64,000 nucleotides of DNA from positions 544,001 to 608,000 of the forward strand of contig CAVWWD010000008.1 of assembly GCA_963758635.1 (NCBI GenBank), written 5' to 3'. The stretch comes from an uncultured Candidatus Rokubacteria bacterium (GTDB taxonomy: Bacteria > Methylomirabilota > Methylomirabilia > Rokubacteriales > CSP1-6). This document shows positions 9,693 to 19,299 of the stretch, one piece after another. Below the pieces are notes generated by a model, which had not been told where the DNA came from, ran no database searches, and saw nothing but the letters and a program-made list of their open reading frames with translations. Position 1 is the first letter of the stretch. Each line of letters begins with the position of its first letter. The position numbers were made by a program, and so were the translations under genes.

Positions 9693-9722
9693 GGAGGCCG
9701 TGACGAGCCGCACGCGACGGAC

Positions 9723-10670
9723 ATGACGGGCTGGGGACCGGATCCGGTGGCGCTGCGCGGGCGCGTCGCGGTCGTCGCGGGCGCCAGCCGGGGGGCGGGC
9801 CGTGGCATCGCGGCCGCCCTTGGCGAGGCCGGCGCGACCGTCATCTGCACGGGGCGCAGCAGCCGCAGCGGCACGCTGCGCTCGGACTACGACCGCCCAG
9901 AGACGATCGAGGAGACGGCCGAGCTGGTCACGTCGCTCGGAGGCCGCGGCATCCCGGCCGCGGTGGACCACCTCGACCCCCGGCAGGTCCAGGGTCTGGC
10001 GGACCGGATCCGGGGCGAGCACGGCCACATCGACGTTCTGGTGAACGACATCTGGGGCGCGGAGCAGCTCAAGGGCGGGCCACCGGACTGGAATCGGCCC
10101 ATCTGGCAGGTGGACCTGGATAAGGGCCTCCGGATCCTCCGGCTCGCCATCGACACGCACCTGATCACATCGCACCACCTACTCCCGCTGCTGGTCGCCC
10201 GTCCCGGGGGCTTGCTCGTGGAGGTGACCGACGGCACCGCCGAGTACAATGCGTCGCGATACCGCATCTCGGTGTTCTACGACCTGGCCAAGGCGGCGGT
10301 GAACCGGCTGGCGTTCTCGCAGGGGCACGAGCTCGCGCCGTACGAGGCCACGGCGGTGGCGATCACGCCCGGGTGGCTCCGCTCCGAGATGATGCTGGAG
10401 AACTTCGGAGCGACGGAGCAGAACTGGCGCGCGGCGAGGACACCGCCGGGGTTCGCGGTGTCGGAGTCGCCGCGCTACGTGGGGCGGGCCGTCGCCGCGC
10501 TCGCCGCCGACCCGAGGCGGGCGCGCTGGAACCAGCGCTCCGTGACGTCGGCGGAGCTCGCGGCCGAGTACGGGTTCACGGACGTGGACGGCTCTCGTCC
10601 CGACGTGTGGCGATACAATCGCGCCGTCGAGCGGGGCGACGTGGACGTCAACCCGGACGACTACCGGTAG
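9723..10670 (+). CDS. SDR-family oxidoreductase
   Basis: VAGASRGAGRG, LVNDIWG, YDLAK. Confidence 0.92.
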   Translation: MTGWGPDPVALRGRVAVVAGASRGAGRGIAAALGEAGATVICTGRSSRSGTLRSDYDRPETIEETAELVTSLGGRGIPAAVDHLDPRQVQGLADRIRGEHGHIDVLVNDIWGAEQLKGGPPDWNRPIWQVDLDKGLRILRLAIDTHLITSHHLLPLLVARPGGLLVEVTDGTAEYNASRYRISVFYDLAKAAVNRLAFSQGHELAPYEATAVAITPGWLRSEMMLENFGATEQNWRAARTPPGFAVSESPRYVGRAVAALAADPRRARWNQRSVTSAELAAEYGFTDVDGSRPDVWRYNRAVERGDVDVNPDDYR

Positions 10671-10734
10671 TGACGGAGCGAGTCCGGTCCGACGGTGGCT
10701 GGGCCGTCGGCTGGTGCCCGTGCATCCCGTCCCC

Positions 10735-11445
10735 ATGACCACGGTGTTCCGCCACTGCTTCCTCGCCAACTTCGCCATGAGGCCGGAGGCGCTCGCGGCG
10801 CGTCTGCCCGGCCACCTCCGTCCCGACGTGCACGACGGCTGGTCGTTCCTCTCCGTGGTGATCGCGGAGATGGAGCGGATGCGGCCGGCATTCCTTCCCG
10901 CCGCGCTCGGCACCACCTACTCGCAGGTGGTCTACCGCGCCGTGGTGACGTGCGGGCGGGAGCGCGGCGTGCACTTCCTCCGCAGCGACGCCGACAACTC
11001 GATGATGGTGTTCGCCGGCAACGCGCTGACGTTCTTCCGCTTCCACCGGGCGGACGTGACCTGGGCCTTCGGGGACGCAACGGTCCGGTTCACGCTGCGC
11101 CCGCGAAACGGCGACGCGGCGGGGATCGACGCGGAGTACGACCTGGCCGGCGCGGGGACGACGATGCCCGCCGGCTCGCGGTTCGCATCGCTCCCGCGGG
11201 CCCAGGCGTTCCTGACCGAGCTCTACGCGGCCTTCGGCGGGCGCCGGGCCGATGGATCGATCGATGCCGTCCGGATCCGCCGCAACGTGTGGCAGAGCAC
11301 GGTCGTCGCCGATCGGACCGCCTCGTACGAGGCGATGCGCTCGGGCGTGCTCTTCGGCCCCGGGGAGGCCGAGCTGGACTCGTGTTTCTACGTGGAGCAC
11401 ATGAACTACCATTGGTCGCGCGGGAAGACGGTTGCGGCCGGCTGA
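10735..11445 (+). CDS. DUF2071 family protein
   Basis: FLANFA...LP..L.PD, MRPAFLP, VVYRAVV...RGVHFLRSD. Confidence 0.75.
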   Translation: MTTVFRHCFLANFAMRPEALAARLPGHLRPDVHDGWSFLSVVIAEMERMRPAFLPAALGTTYSQVVYRAVVTCGRERGVHFLRSDADNSMMVFAGNALTFFRFHRADVTWAFGDATVRFTLRPRNGDAAGIDAEYDLAGAGTTMPAGSRFASLPRAQAFLTELYAAFGGRRADGSIDAVRIRRNVWQSTVVADRTASYEAMRSGVLFGPGEAELDSCFYVEHMNYHWSRGKTVAAG

Positions 11446-11491
11446 GGCCCGTGGCGCGGACGCCGGAGCCGGAGGAGGCGAGGCACACGAC

Positions 11492-11887
11492 ATGACGCAG
11501 TCCTCGGCGGGAACGCTGTGCGGGGCGGCCACGGTGCTCGTCGTTCGTGACGTGCTCCTGAGCGTGGCGCACTATCGTGACGTGCTCGGGTTTCGTGTCG
11601 AGTTCACCTACGGCGAGCCGACCTTCTACGCCGGCGTCGAGCGGGACGCCGTGGTCATTCACCTCCAGGCGGCGAGCGAGACCGCGCGGCAGCCGGGCCA
11701 CGGCGCCGTCAACATCTTCGTCACGGACGTGGACGGGCTCTACCAGGAGCTGAAGGCGCGCGGCGCACGGACGCTGAACGAGCCCAAGGACTACCCGTAC
11801 GGCATGCGCGACTTCGACGTGCACGACCTCGATGGCAACCACCTCTGCTTCGGGATGGAGTCGAAGTCCGCGCAGGGCCCGAAGTGA
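11492..11887 (+). CDS. VOC/glyoxalase/bleomycin-resistance family protein
   Basis: YRDVLGF, VTDVDGLYQEL, PYGMRDFDVHDLDGNHLCFG. Confidence 0.9.
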   Translation: MTQSSAGTLCGAATVLVVRDVLLSVAHYRDVLGFRVEFTYGEPTFYAGVERDAVVIHLQAASETARQPGHGAVNIFVTDVDGLYQELKARGARTLNEPKDYPYGMRDFDVHDLDGNHLCFGMESKSAQGPK

Positions 11888-11891
11888 CTCC

Positions 11892-12429
11892 ATGCGCATC
11901 GACCTGAAGCCGGTCGCGAGCCTGGACGACGACGAGCGCGCGCGGCTCAAGGCGCTCACCGCCGCGGTCTACCCGCCGGAGGTGGTGGCGACGAGCCCGG
12001 GCCGGCACCTCACGTGGGCGCCTCCCGACGTACAGCGTCCTCGTGTTCGACGCGACGGGAGAGCTCGTGTCGCACGTGGGCATCGTCGTCCGGGCGGGCA
12101 GCCTGGACGGCGCCGCCGCGAAGATCGGCGGCATCGGGAGCGTGAAGACGCATCCTCGGGCCCAGGGCCGCGGCTACGCCTCGGCCGGCATGCGGCGCGC
12201 CGCGGCCGCGCTGCACGAGGACCACCGCGTGGACTTCTCGCTGCTGGTCTGCCAGGAGCACCTGCTCCCGTTCTACCAGCGCCTGGGCTGGGTGCCGTAC
12301 GCGGGCGCGCTCGTGGTGGAGCAGCCCGGCGGGCCCGTGGTGTTCACGGTCAACCGGCCCATGGTGCTGGCCGGGCGCGCTCCCGCTCCGGACGGCGGCA
12401 GCGTCGACCTTCAGGGGCTGCCCTGGTAG
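11892..12429 (+). CDS. GNAT N-acetyltransferase (AAC(2')-like fold; one frameshift near 12030)
   Basis: LVSHVG, IGGIGSVKTHPRAQGRGYAS, FYQRLGW. Confidence 0.8.
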
Positions 12430-12458
12430 CCGGCGCCACGCACGTGTCGGGCAACCGC

Positions 12459-13070
12459 ATGGTCAGGGCGGTGGTGTTCGACATGGACGGCGTGCTGTGC
12501 CGGTATCGGCGCGAGCTCCGGCTGGAGCGCCTCGCCGCCTGGAGCGGGCGCAGCGCGGAGGCCATCCATGCCGCCATCTGGCGCTCCGGGTTCGAGGACG
12601 AGGGCGAGCGCGGCCGGCTCTCCGCGGACGAGTACCTGAAGGGCTTCGGCGAGCGCATGGGCTATCCGATCAGCGCGGAGCAGTGGATCGAGGCGCGCCG
12701 GATCGCGATCGAGCCCGACGAGGCGGTTCTCGCGCTCGCTCGAGCGCTCGGCCGCGCGATGCCGGTCGGCATGCTCACCAACAACCCGCTGCTGCTCAAG
12801 CGACACTTCGCCGAGGTCTTCCCCGCCGCCGCCGCGGTCTTCGGGAGCCGCGCGGTCTTCTCCTCGGAGCTCGGCTGGGTCAAGCCGGAGGCGGAGGCGT
12901 TCCATCGCCTCGCCGCGCGCCTGTCGGTGGCGCCGGAGGAGATGCTCTACTTCGACGACGACGAGAGCTACGTGGCGGGCGCCCGCGCGGCCGGCCTTCG
13001 GGCCGAGCACGTCGGGGGAGCAGCCGGCGTGCGGGCCGGCCTCGCCCGACACGGTGTCGAGTGCCCGTAG
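12459..13070 (+). CDS. HAD-family phosphatase
   Basis: VVFDMDGVL, LTNN, KPE, YFDD. Confidence 0.88.
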   Translation: MVRAVVFDMDGVLCRYRRELRLERLAAWSGRSAEAIHAAIWRSGFEDEGERGRLSADEYLKGFGERMGYPISAEQWIEARRIAIEPDEAVLALARALGRAMPVGMLTNNPLLLKRHFAEVFPAAAAVFGSRAVFSSELGWVKPEAEAFHRLAARLSVAPEEMLYFDDDESYVAGARAAGLRAEHVGGAAGVRAGLARHGVECP

Positions 13071-13090
13071 CGCGGCCTGCCTGGCGTTCC

Positions 13091-13909
13091 GTGGCTGAGA
13101 CGCCCAAGCCCCGACACCTGGCCGCCGAGTATGGCGCGCAGTTCCGCGACGAGGAGGTCGCGGCCGCGTACGTGCATCGGCCACCGTATCCGCCGGAGGT
13201 GTTCGTGATCCTGGAGTCGCTGCTCGGACCCCGACCACGCACGGTGCTCGAGCTCGGCGCGGGCACGGGGGACCTCACCGTCGGCCTGGCGCCACTCGTC
13301 GACACCCTGATCGCCCTCGAGCCGTCCAAGCCGATGCTCGAGCGTGGTCGCCGGCGCGTCGGTGCAGGGAGCGGTCACGTCGAGTGGCTGAACGTCGCCG
13401 CGGAGGACCATGACTTCGCGGGACCGCATGCCGCGGTGATCGCGGCCGAGTCGTTTCACTGGCTCGACTGGTACCGGGTCATGCCGCGCATCGCGACGAG
13501 CCTGGGTCCGTCCGGGCATCTGGTGCTGGTGGAGCGCGTCCTGGCCGAGGCGCCCCCTTGGGACGAGGAGCTGCGCAGCCTGATCCGGACCTACACCACC
13601 AACCGGGACTACGTGCCGTACGACCTGGTGACCGAGCTCGTGACGCGCGGGCTGCTCGTGGTGGCGGGGACGGCGTTCACGGAGACGGTCGAGCATCGGC
13701 AAACCGTCGAAGGCTACGTCGAGTCGTTCCACTCCCGCAACGGCTTCTCGCGCGCCCGGCTGCCCGCCGAGCACGCCCGACAGTTCGACGATGGGCTGAA
13801 GGGCCTTGTCCGTCGTTTCTGCCGCGACGATACTGTGCGCCTGAGGCTGCGGGCCCGCGTCTGCTGGGGGCGGCCGGGCACCCCGTCCTCCCGGGGAGGT
13901 CACCCATGA
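13091..13909 (+). CDS. Class I SAM-dependent methyltransferase
   Basis: RPPYP, VLELGAGTG, LEPS..ML, SFHW. Confidence 0.88.
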   Translation: MAETPKPRHLAAEYGAQFRDEEVAAAYVHRPPYPPEVFVILESLLGPRPRTVLELGAGTGDLTVGLAPLVDTLIALEPSKPMLERGRRRVGAGSGHVEWLNVAAEDHDFAGPHAAVIAAESFHWLDWYRVMPRIATSLGPSGHLVLVERVLAEAPPWDEELRSLIRTYTTNRDYVPYDLVTELVTRGLLVVAGTAFTETVEHRQTVEGYVESFHSRNGFSRARLPAEHARQFDDGLKGLVRRFCRDDTVRLRLRARVCWGRPGTPSSRGGHP

Positions 13910-14709
13910 TCATCGGTCTCGCGTCTCCTCGCATCGCCACGTCCCTGGACGACGGGCTGGAGCGGATCCGGCGCCTTCTCGCCGACGCATCGTCCCAGGG
14001 CGCGGAGATCGTCTGCTTCCCCGAGGCGTACCTGCCGGGCCTCCGCGGACAGGACTTCGAGGTGCTGCCCTGGGACCGAGCCGACGAGGAGCGGGCGCTG
14101 CAGGCCGTGGCGGACCTGGCGCGGACGTATCGCGTGGCCACGATCCTCGGCATCGAGCGCGTCACGGATGCCGGCCGGCAGATCGCCGCCGTCGTCATCG
14201 ACGCGCAGGGCCGGACCCTGGGATGCCAGACCAAGAACCAGCTCGACCCGAGCGAGGACCCCTTCTACGTGCCGGGGAGCGGCCGCCAGGTCTTCGAGGT
14301 CAACGGCGTGAAGTTCGGCGTGGCGATCTGCCACGAGGGATGGCGGTATCCCGAGACGGTGCGATGGGCGGCGGTGCGGGGCGCCAAGATCGTCTTCCAC
14401 CCGCAGCTCACCGGAAGCGATCGCGCGGGCGTCCGGCTGACGCAGTGGGGCGCCGCGGACGCGCCCTACTACGAGAAGGCCATGATGATGCGCAGCATCG
14501 AGAACGCGATCTACTTCGCCAGCGCCAACTACGGCGTGCGCTACCAGGAGGCGGCGACGAGCCTGATCCATCCATCGGGCCGGCTGCAGGCGCACTTGCC
14601 GTACGGGCAGGAGGGCGTCCTCGTGCAGACGCTCGAGCTCGAGGAGGCGACCGGCATCCTGGCCCGGCGCTACGCGCCCGACCGCTACAAGGACATCGCC
14701 GCAGGATAG
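13906..14709 (+). CDS. Carbon-nitrogen hydrolase (nitrilase superfamily)
   Basis: CFPEAYL, TKNQ, ICHEGWRYPE (E-K-C triad). Confidence 0.9.
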   Translation: MIIGLASPRIATSLDDGLERIRRLLADASSQGAEIVCFPEAYLPGLRGQDFEVLPWDRADEERALQAVADLARTYRVATILGIERVTDAGRQIAAVVIDAQGRTLGCQTKNQLDPSEDPFYVPGSGRQVFEVNGVKFGVAICHEGWRYPETVRWAAVRGAKIVFHPQLTGSDRAGVRLTQWGAADAPYYEKAMMMRSIENAIYFASANYGVRYQEAATSLIHPSGRLQAHLPYGQEGVLVQTLELEEATGILARRYAPDRYKDIAAG

Positions 14710-14725
14710 ACGCCTCGGGCAACGG

Positions 14726-15263
14726 GTGACCGCCGTGGCGACGGAGACGGAGCGCCTGATCCTGCGGCCGTGGCAGGAGTCCGACGGCGAAGAGCTCCAG
14801 CGGCTGTTCAGCGATCCGGCGGTCAGGGGCGGACGGAACATCTTCCCGGACCGTATCGTCCGGATGGCCGAGCACAGCCTCCGCCAGTGGGACCGGAACG
14901 GGTACGGCCCGTGGGCGGCCATCGACAGGGCCACCGGAGCCTGGATCGGCCGGGTCGGGTCTCGACGAGCTCCAGGACTGGCCGGGCCAGGACAGGATCG
15001 AGGTGGGCTTCGAAATCGGCCACGCGTGGTGGGGCCGGGGACTCGCCACCGAGGCGACGCTGGCCGCTCTCGCCTTCGGCTTCGGGCGGCACGGTCTGCA
15101 GCGCATCATCAGCGTGACGGCGGCCTCGCACGCGGCCGCTCGCCGCGTCATGGAGAAGGCGGGGCTCACCTACGAGGGCACGCGCCACTGGATGAGTCCG
15201 GATGTCCCCGTGGTCTGGTACGCGATCGGCCGTGCGGCATGGCTGGCGAGAAGCACGGCCTGA
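14726..15263 (+). CDS. RimJ/RimL-type GNAT acetyltransferase (frameshift near 14960)
   Basis: ETERLILRPW, GYGPWA, WWGRGLATEA, RRVMEKAG. Confidence 0.85.
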
Positions 15264-15364
15264 CGCGGGTCTGCGCGGGATGCGTGCTGGAGGAGCCAAC
15301 CTCGATGGTCGCGGAGCGCCTTTCCCCGCCGGGCCTCCCGCGGGACAATGGCGGGAAGGCTGCC

Positions 15365-15517
15365 GTGATCCGCAAGCTTCCGTCCGGAGCGTACCGCCTG
15401 TACTCGCGCAAGAAGGATCCGAAGTCCGGCCGGCGTCGCAATCTCGGGACGTTCAAGACGCGGGCGGCGGCCGAGCAGCACGAGCGCGCCGTGCAGTACT
15501 TCAAGCGCCGAGGGTAG
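15365..15517 (+). CDS. Small basic hypothetical protein (50 aa)
   Basis: MIRKLPSGAYRLYSRKKDPKSGRRRNLGTFKTRAAAEQHERAVQYFKRRG; host-like codon usage. Confidence 0.75.
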   Translation: MIRKLPSGAYRLYSRKKDPKSGRRRNLGTFKTRAAAEQHERAVQYFKRRG

Positions 15518-15542
15518 CGCACACCGCACAGGAGGGCAGGCC

Positions 15543-15842
15543 ATGATCATGCGGATCACGTGGGGGAAGCTCCGGGCCGGATCCTGGAACGACTTCGAGC
15601 GCACGTACAACACCACGGTCGCCGCGCGGGGCGGACGCGTCCAGGGGCTGCGCGGGCGCTGGCTCCTCCAGGACACCGACGACAAGGACACGGGCTTCGC
15701 GGTGAGCCTCTGGGAGAACGCCGCCGACATGCAAGCGTACGAGCAGAGCGACCTCTACCGTCAGGACTTCGCGCCGGCGCTCCAGCCCTTCTTCGTCGGG
15801 GAGTACAAGACCTACCGGTGCGAGGTGAAGTACCAGCAGTAG
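15543..15842 (+). CDS. Antibiotic biosynthesis monooxygenase (ABM/Dabb) family protein
   Basis: 99 aa; GL.GRWLLQD....GFAVSLWE.AADM.AYE; GGAGG RBS. Confidence 0.8.
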   Translation: MIMRITWGKLRAGSWNDFERTYNTTVAARGGRVQGLRGRWLLQDTDDKDTGFAVSLWENAADMQAYEQSDLYRQDFAPALQPFFVGEYKTYRCEVKYQQ

Positions 15843-15924
15843 CGGCGCGCCGGATGGTCCGCCACGTCCGGACGCGGGGCGGGGGCCTGGTCGGACTCAT
15901 CGAGATCGGGGCGGCCTTTCCGCG

Positions 15925-16118
15925 GTGAGCGTGCAGGCCCAGGAACGCTGGGACATCCGGTGCGAATGGGGGGCGCTCGGCCTCGCCGCCCTCGCGCCCG
16001 CGTCCGACGTGGTGGTGATCGTGGACGTGCTCTCGTTCTCCACGTGTGTCATTCATGGCGGCCATCAGACGACGTGCTCGTCGCGCTCGAGGTTGTGGAG
16101 AGCGAGGCCGGGCATAGG
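15925..16118 (+). pseudogene. Remnant of 2-phosphosulfolactate phosphatase (ComB-like) gene
   Basis: N-terminus DIRCEWGALG..ALAP.SDVVVIVDVLSFSTCV, after which homology is lost abruptly. Confidence 0.6.
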
Positions 16119-16129
16119 AAGGAGCCGTC

Positions 16130-16666
16130 GTGACGGACGAGGTTCGCGTGCGAGAGGCCCAGCCACGCGACGAGGCGGCGATCCGCGCGGTGACGCTGGC
16201 CGCCTACGAGCAGTACGCGGCCCACATGCCCGCGCACTGGGAGGGCTACCGCCGGAACATCCTGGACACGCTGGCCGCGCCGGGGCCGGCCCAGCGGCTG
16301 GTCGCCGAGCACGCGGGCGCGATCGTCGGCTCCGTCATCCTCTATCCGCCGGGCACCGTGGCGATCACGGCGGGTGCCCGGCCGATCGGCGGGGAGTGGC
16401 CGGAGGTGCGGCTTCTCGCCGTTGATCCCGCGGCGCGTGGCCACGGGATCGGCCTCCGCCTCATGCAGGCCTGCGTGGACAGGGCGCGCGCCGCCGGAGC
16501 CGCCGCGCTCGCGCTCCACACCACGGACATGATGGCCTCGGCCATGCGCCTCTACGAGCGCATGGGCTTCGAGCGGGCGCCCGAGCTGGACTTCCAGCCC
16601 GCGCCCGGCATCATCGTGAAGGGGTTCCTCCTCGCCCTCGACCGGCCGCCGAGGCAGACGCTATGA
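16130..16666 (+). CDS. GNAT N-acetyltransferase
   Basis: EVRLLAVDPAARGHGIG, AMRLYERMGF. Confidence 0.9.
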   Translation: MTDEVRVREAQPRDEAAIRAVTLAAYEQYAAHMPAHWEGYRRNILDTLAAPGPAQRLVAEHAGAIVGSVILYPPGTVAITAGARPIGGEWPEVRLLAVDPAARGHGIGLRLMQACVDRARAAGAAALALHTTDMMASAMRLYERMGFERAPELDFQPAPGIIVKGFLLALDRPPRQTL

Positions 16667-16712
16667 TGGCCGCTCAGCCGGTCACCCTCAACCCCGAGGA
16701 GGCTCTCCTGCC

Positions 16713-17474
16713 ATGTCCTCCGTTCCGCTCGTCACCTGCGCGCCGGGCCAGTACCGCTTCCTGCCCGGGATCGACGCCTTCTCGTCGGGCGTGGTCGCGA
16801 TGCCCGGTCACGAGATCGTGCACGCGACGCTCCAGTCGCCGATTCCCTACCGCGACGGCTTCGCTCTCATCGAGCGTCACCTGGCCGGGCTCGGCCGCCC
16901 GCGCGCCGCGCTCTGCGCCATCGAGCTCCGGAGCCCGCGCCCCTTCTCGTTCGGGGGCTTCGACGAGTTCAACCGCGGCTATCACGAAATTCTGAAGACG
17001 TGGGGCCTGCTCGTCGACGGGGTGAACCCGATCGCGCGCACGAACGTGGCCCCCGTCGTGGGCGCGCCCGCCGAGCCGTCGCTGTACGGGTTCTCGTACA
17101 CGGTGGCGGGGCAGGAGCAGGGGGCGCCAACGTTCGTGGTGGCCGGATCGGGTGACGTGCGCGGCCGCACGGCCGGCGACATCGTCCGGCGAGGGGAGAC
17201 GTCGCCCGAGGCGCTCGCCGAGAAGGCCGCCTACGTGCTCGAGACGCAGGCGGGCCGCCTCGCCGGGCTCGGCGCGACGTGGCCCGACGTGACCGCGGTG
17301 GACATCTACACGCCGCATCCGATCCACGCCCTGCTCGGCCCGGCAATCCTGCCGCGCATGGGCGCGGCCGCCGTGCACGGGACCCACTGGTTCCTGAGCC
17401 GGCCGCCCATCGAGGGTCTCGAGTTCGAGATGGACATGCGCGGCGTCCGGCGGGAGATCCGGATCGGCCGGTGA
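16713..17474 (+). CDS. RidA-like / CnbZ-like deaminase family protein
   Basis: FSSGVVA.PG.EIV, ALCAIELRSP.PFSF.GF, NPIARTNVAP, RPPIEGLEFEMD.RG. Confidence 0.65.
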   Translation: MSSVPLVTCAPGQYRFLPGIDAFSSGVVAMPGHEIVHATLQSPIPYRDGFALIERHLAGLGRPRAALCAIELRSPRPFSFGGFDEFNRGYHEILKTWGLLVDGVNPIARTNVAPVVGAPAEPSLYGFSYTVAGQEQGAPTFVVAGSGDVRGRTAGDIVRRGETSPEALAEKAAYVLETQAGRLAGLGATWPDVTAVDIYTPHPIHALLGPAILPRMGAAAVHGTHWFLSRPPIEGLEFEMDMRGVRREIRIGR

Positions 17475-18709
17475 CGGGTCCGGGGCCGGCCTCCGCCAGG
17501 GAGCGGGAGGCGGTCCGGACACGCTGGCTCGTCGTCGCCGCGCTGTTCGTCGTCACCGCCTGCGTCTCCACCTCGGTCTCGGCCTTCGGCGTGTTCCTGC
17601 CCGTGCTCGCCGACACGTTCGGGTGGAGCCGCGGCGCCGTGTCGATGGCCCTGTCGATCAACCTGTTCTTCGGCGGCGTCACCGCGTTCGGCGTCGCGAG
17701 CGTGGCCGATCGTCACGGCCCGAGGGGCGTCCTCGTCGGCACGGCGCTGATCGGCGCCGCCGGCTTCCTCCTCACCTCGCGCGTGCAGGAGCTCTGGCAG
17801 TTCTACCTGTGCTACGGCGTGCTCGTCGGTACCGGCATGTCGTCGATCTACGTGCTCTCGACGGCCACGGTGTCGCGCTGGTTCACCGACCGGCGAGGCC
17901 TCGCCCTCGCCGTGGTGCTGAGCGGCTTCAACCTCGGCTGGCTCATGGGCGGACCGTTCGCCGCGATGCTCATCGAGCGCTGGGGCTGGCGCGCGGCCTA
18001 CGTCGTGCTGGGCCTCTGCGTGGGCGGCATCGCCGGCCCGACGAGCCTGCTCGTCCGCTATCCAGAGCGCCACGGCGGCGCGGGCGCGGCAGGCGGGCGG
18101 GACCGGAGCGCCGTCCGGCACGCGTTCCGCGCCGCGATGACCGACCGCCGGCTGTGGCAGCTCGTGGGCGCGTGGTTCTGCCTCGGGCTCGTGTACATGA
18201 CGGTCACCGTCCACAGCGTGCCGTTCGCCCGCGACCTGGGGCTCCCGCTCGACCGCGCGTCGCTGCTGCTCACCGGCTACGGCGTGGGCGCGACGGTGGG
18301 CCGGCTCGTCTCCGGCGCCGTCGCCGACCGGTTCGGCGCGCTGGCCACGATGCACGGCTGCGTGTTCATCCAGGCCACCGCGCTCGTCGTGCTGCTCATC
18401 GGCCCGCCGCCGTGGGCGCTGACCGCGGTCCTGGTGGCGTTCGGGCTGGGCGCGTCGGGGGCCGACAACGCGTTCGTGAAGGTGGTGCCCGAGGTGTTCG
18501 GCCTCCTCGCCCTCGCCAGCGTGATGGGGGTGCTCGGCCTTGGCTGGCGCACCGGCGGGGCGTCCGGGCCGGCGGCGGCCGGCTTCCTCTACGACGCCAC
18601 CGGTTCGTACACGATCGCGTTCACCGGCGTGCTGGTCGTGCTCGGCGTGGCCGGAGTCCTGTTCTCCCTCGGCAGTCGCCCGACCGCGGACGCCTCCGTT
18701 CGCGGCTGA
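17471..18709 (+). CDS. MFS transporter
   Basis: About 12 hydrophobic segments; ADRHGPR and ADRFG loop motifs; WF..RRGLA. Confidence 0.92.
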   Translation: MTGPGPASAREREAVRTRWLVVAALFVVTACVSTSVSAFGVFLPVLADTFGWSRGAVSMALSINLFFGGVTAFGVASVADRHGPRGVLVGTALIGAAGFLLTSRVQELWQFYLCYGVLVGTGMSSIYVLSTATVSRWFTDRRGLALAVVLSGFNLGWLMGGPFAAMLIERWGWRAAYVVLGLCVGGIAGPTSLLVRYPERHGGAGAAGGRDRSAVRHAFRAAMTDRRLWQLVGAWFCLGLVYMTVTVHSVPFARDLGLPLDRASLLLTGYGVGATVGRLVSGAVADRFGALATMHGCVFIQATALVVLLIGPPPWALTAVLVAFGLGASGADNAFVKVVPEVFGLLALASVMGVLGLGWRTGGASGPAAAGFLYDATGSYTIAFTGVLVVLGVAGVLFSLGSRPTADASVRG

Positions 18710-18836
18710 GGTCCCCGGGGCCCTCACGCGCCCCCAACGTGAAGAATTCCCGTTGCTCGGCCCGTCCCTTCGGCTATGCTGCCCCAAGCTGTGGGGGTCT
18801 CACCCTCCTGGCTACACTTCATCTTGGAGGTGACCT

Positions 18837-19253
18837 ATGGCGAAGAAGGCAGCCGAGGCGGTGAGGACGCGGGCCCGCGGGGGATGCAGCGTGCTGGTGG
18901 TGGACGACGAACCGGACCTCTCATCGCTGATCGCCGAGCTGCTCGGCGCGCACGGCTATCGCGTCGTCACCGCGGAGAACGGCCGCGCCGCGCTCGATCG
19001 GCTCTCGCGGGCGAGCTTCGACATCATCCTGAGCGATTTCCGCATGCCCGAGATGGACGGCCCCGGCCTCTACCGTGAGCTCGAGCGCCAGCATCCGCAC
19101 CTGGTGTCGCGCCTCGTGTTCATGACCGGCAACGCCTTCACCGACGACACCGCCGACTTCTTCGCCGCCACCGGGGCGCCGTGCCTGCGCAAGCCCTTCG
19201 AGCGCGAGGACGTGCAGCGGGTGTTCGAGCAGGTGCTGACTCCCGTTCACTGA
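18837..19253 (+). CDS. Single-domain response regulator
   Basis: LVVDDE, SDFRMPEMDG, MTG, LRKPF. Confidence 0.92.
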   Translation: MAKKAAEAVRTRARGGCSVLVVDDEPDLSSLIAELLGAHGYRVVTAENGRAALDRLSRASFDIILSDFRMPEMDGPGLYRELERQHPHLVSRLVFMTGNAFTDDTADFFAATGAPCLRKPFEREDVQRVFEQVLTPVH

Positions 19254-19299
19254 CGGCCGGGCCGGGGCGCGCTCTCGCGAGCCCCGGTAGACTCTGGCC

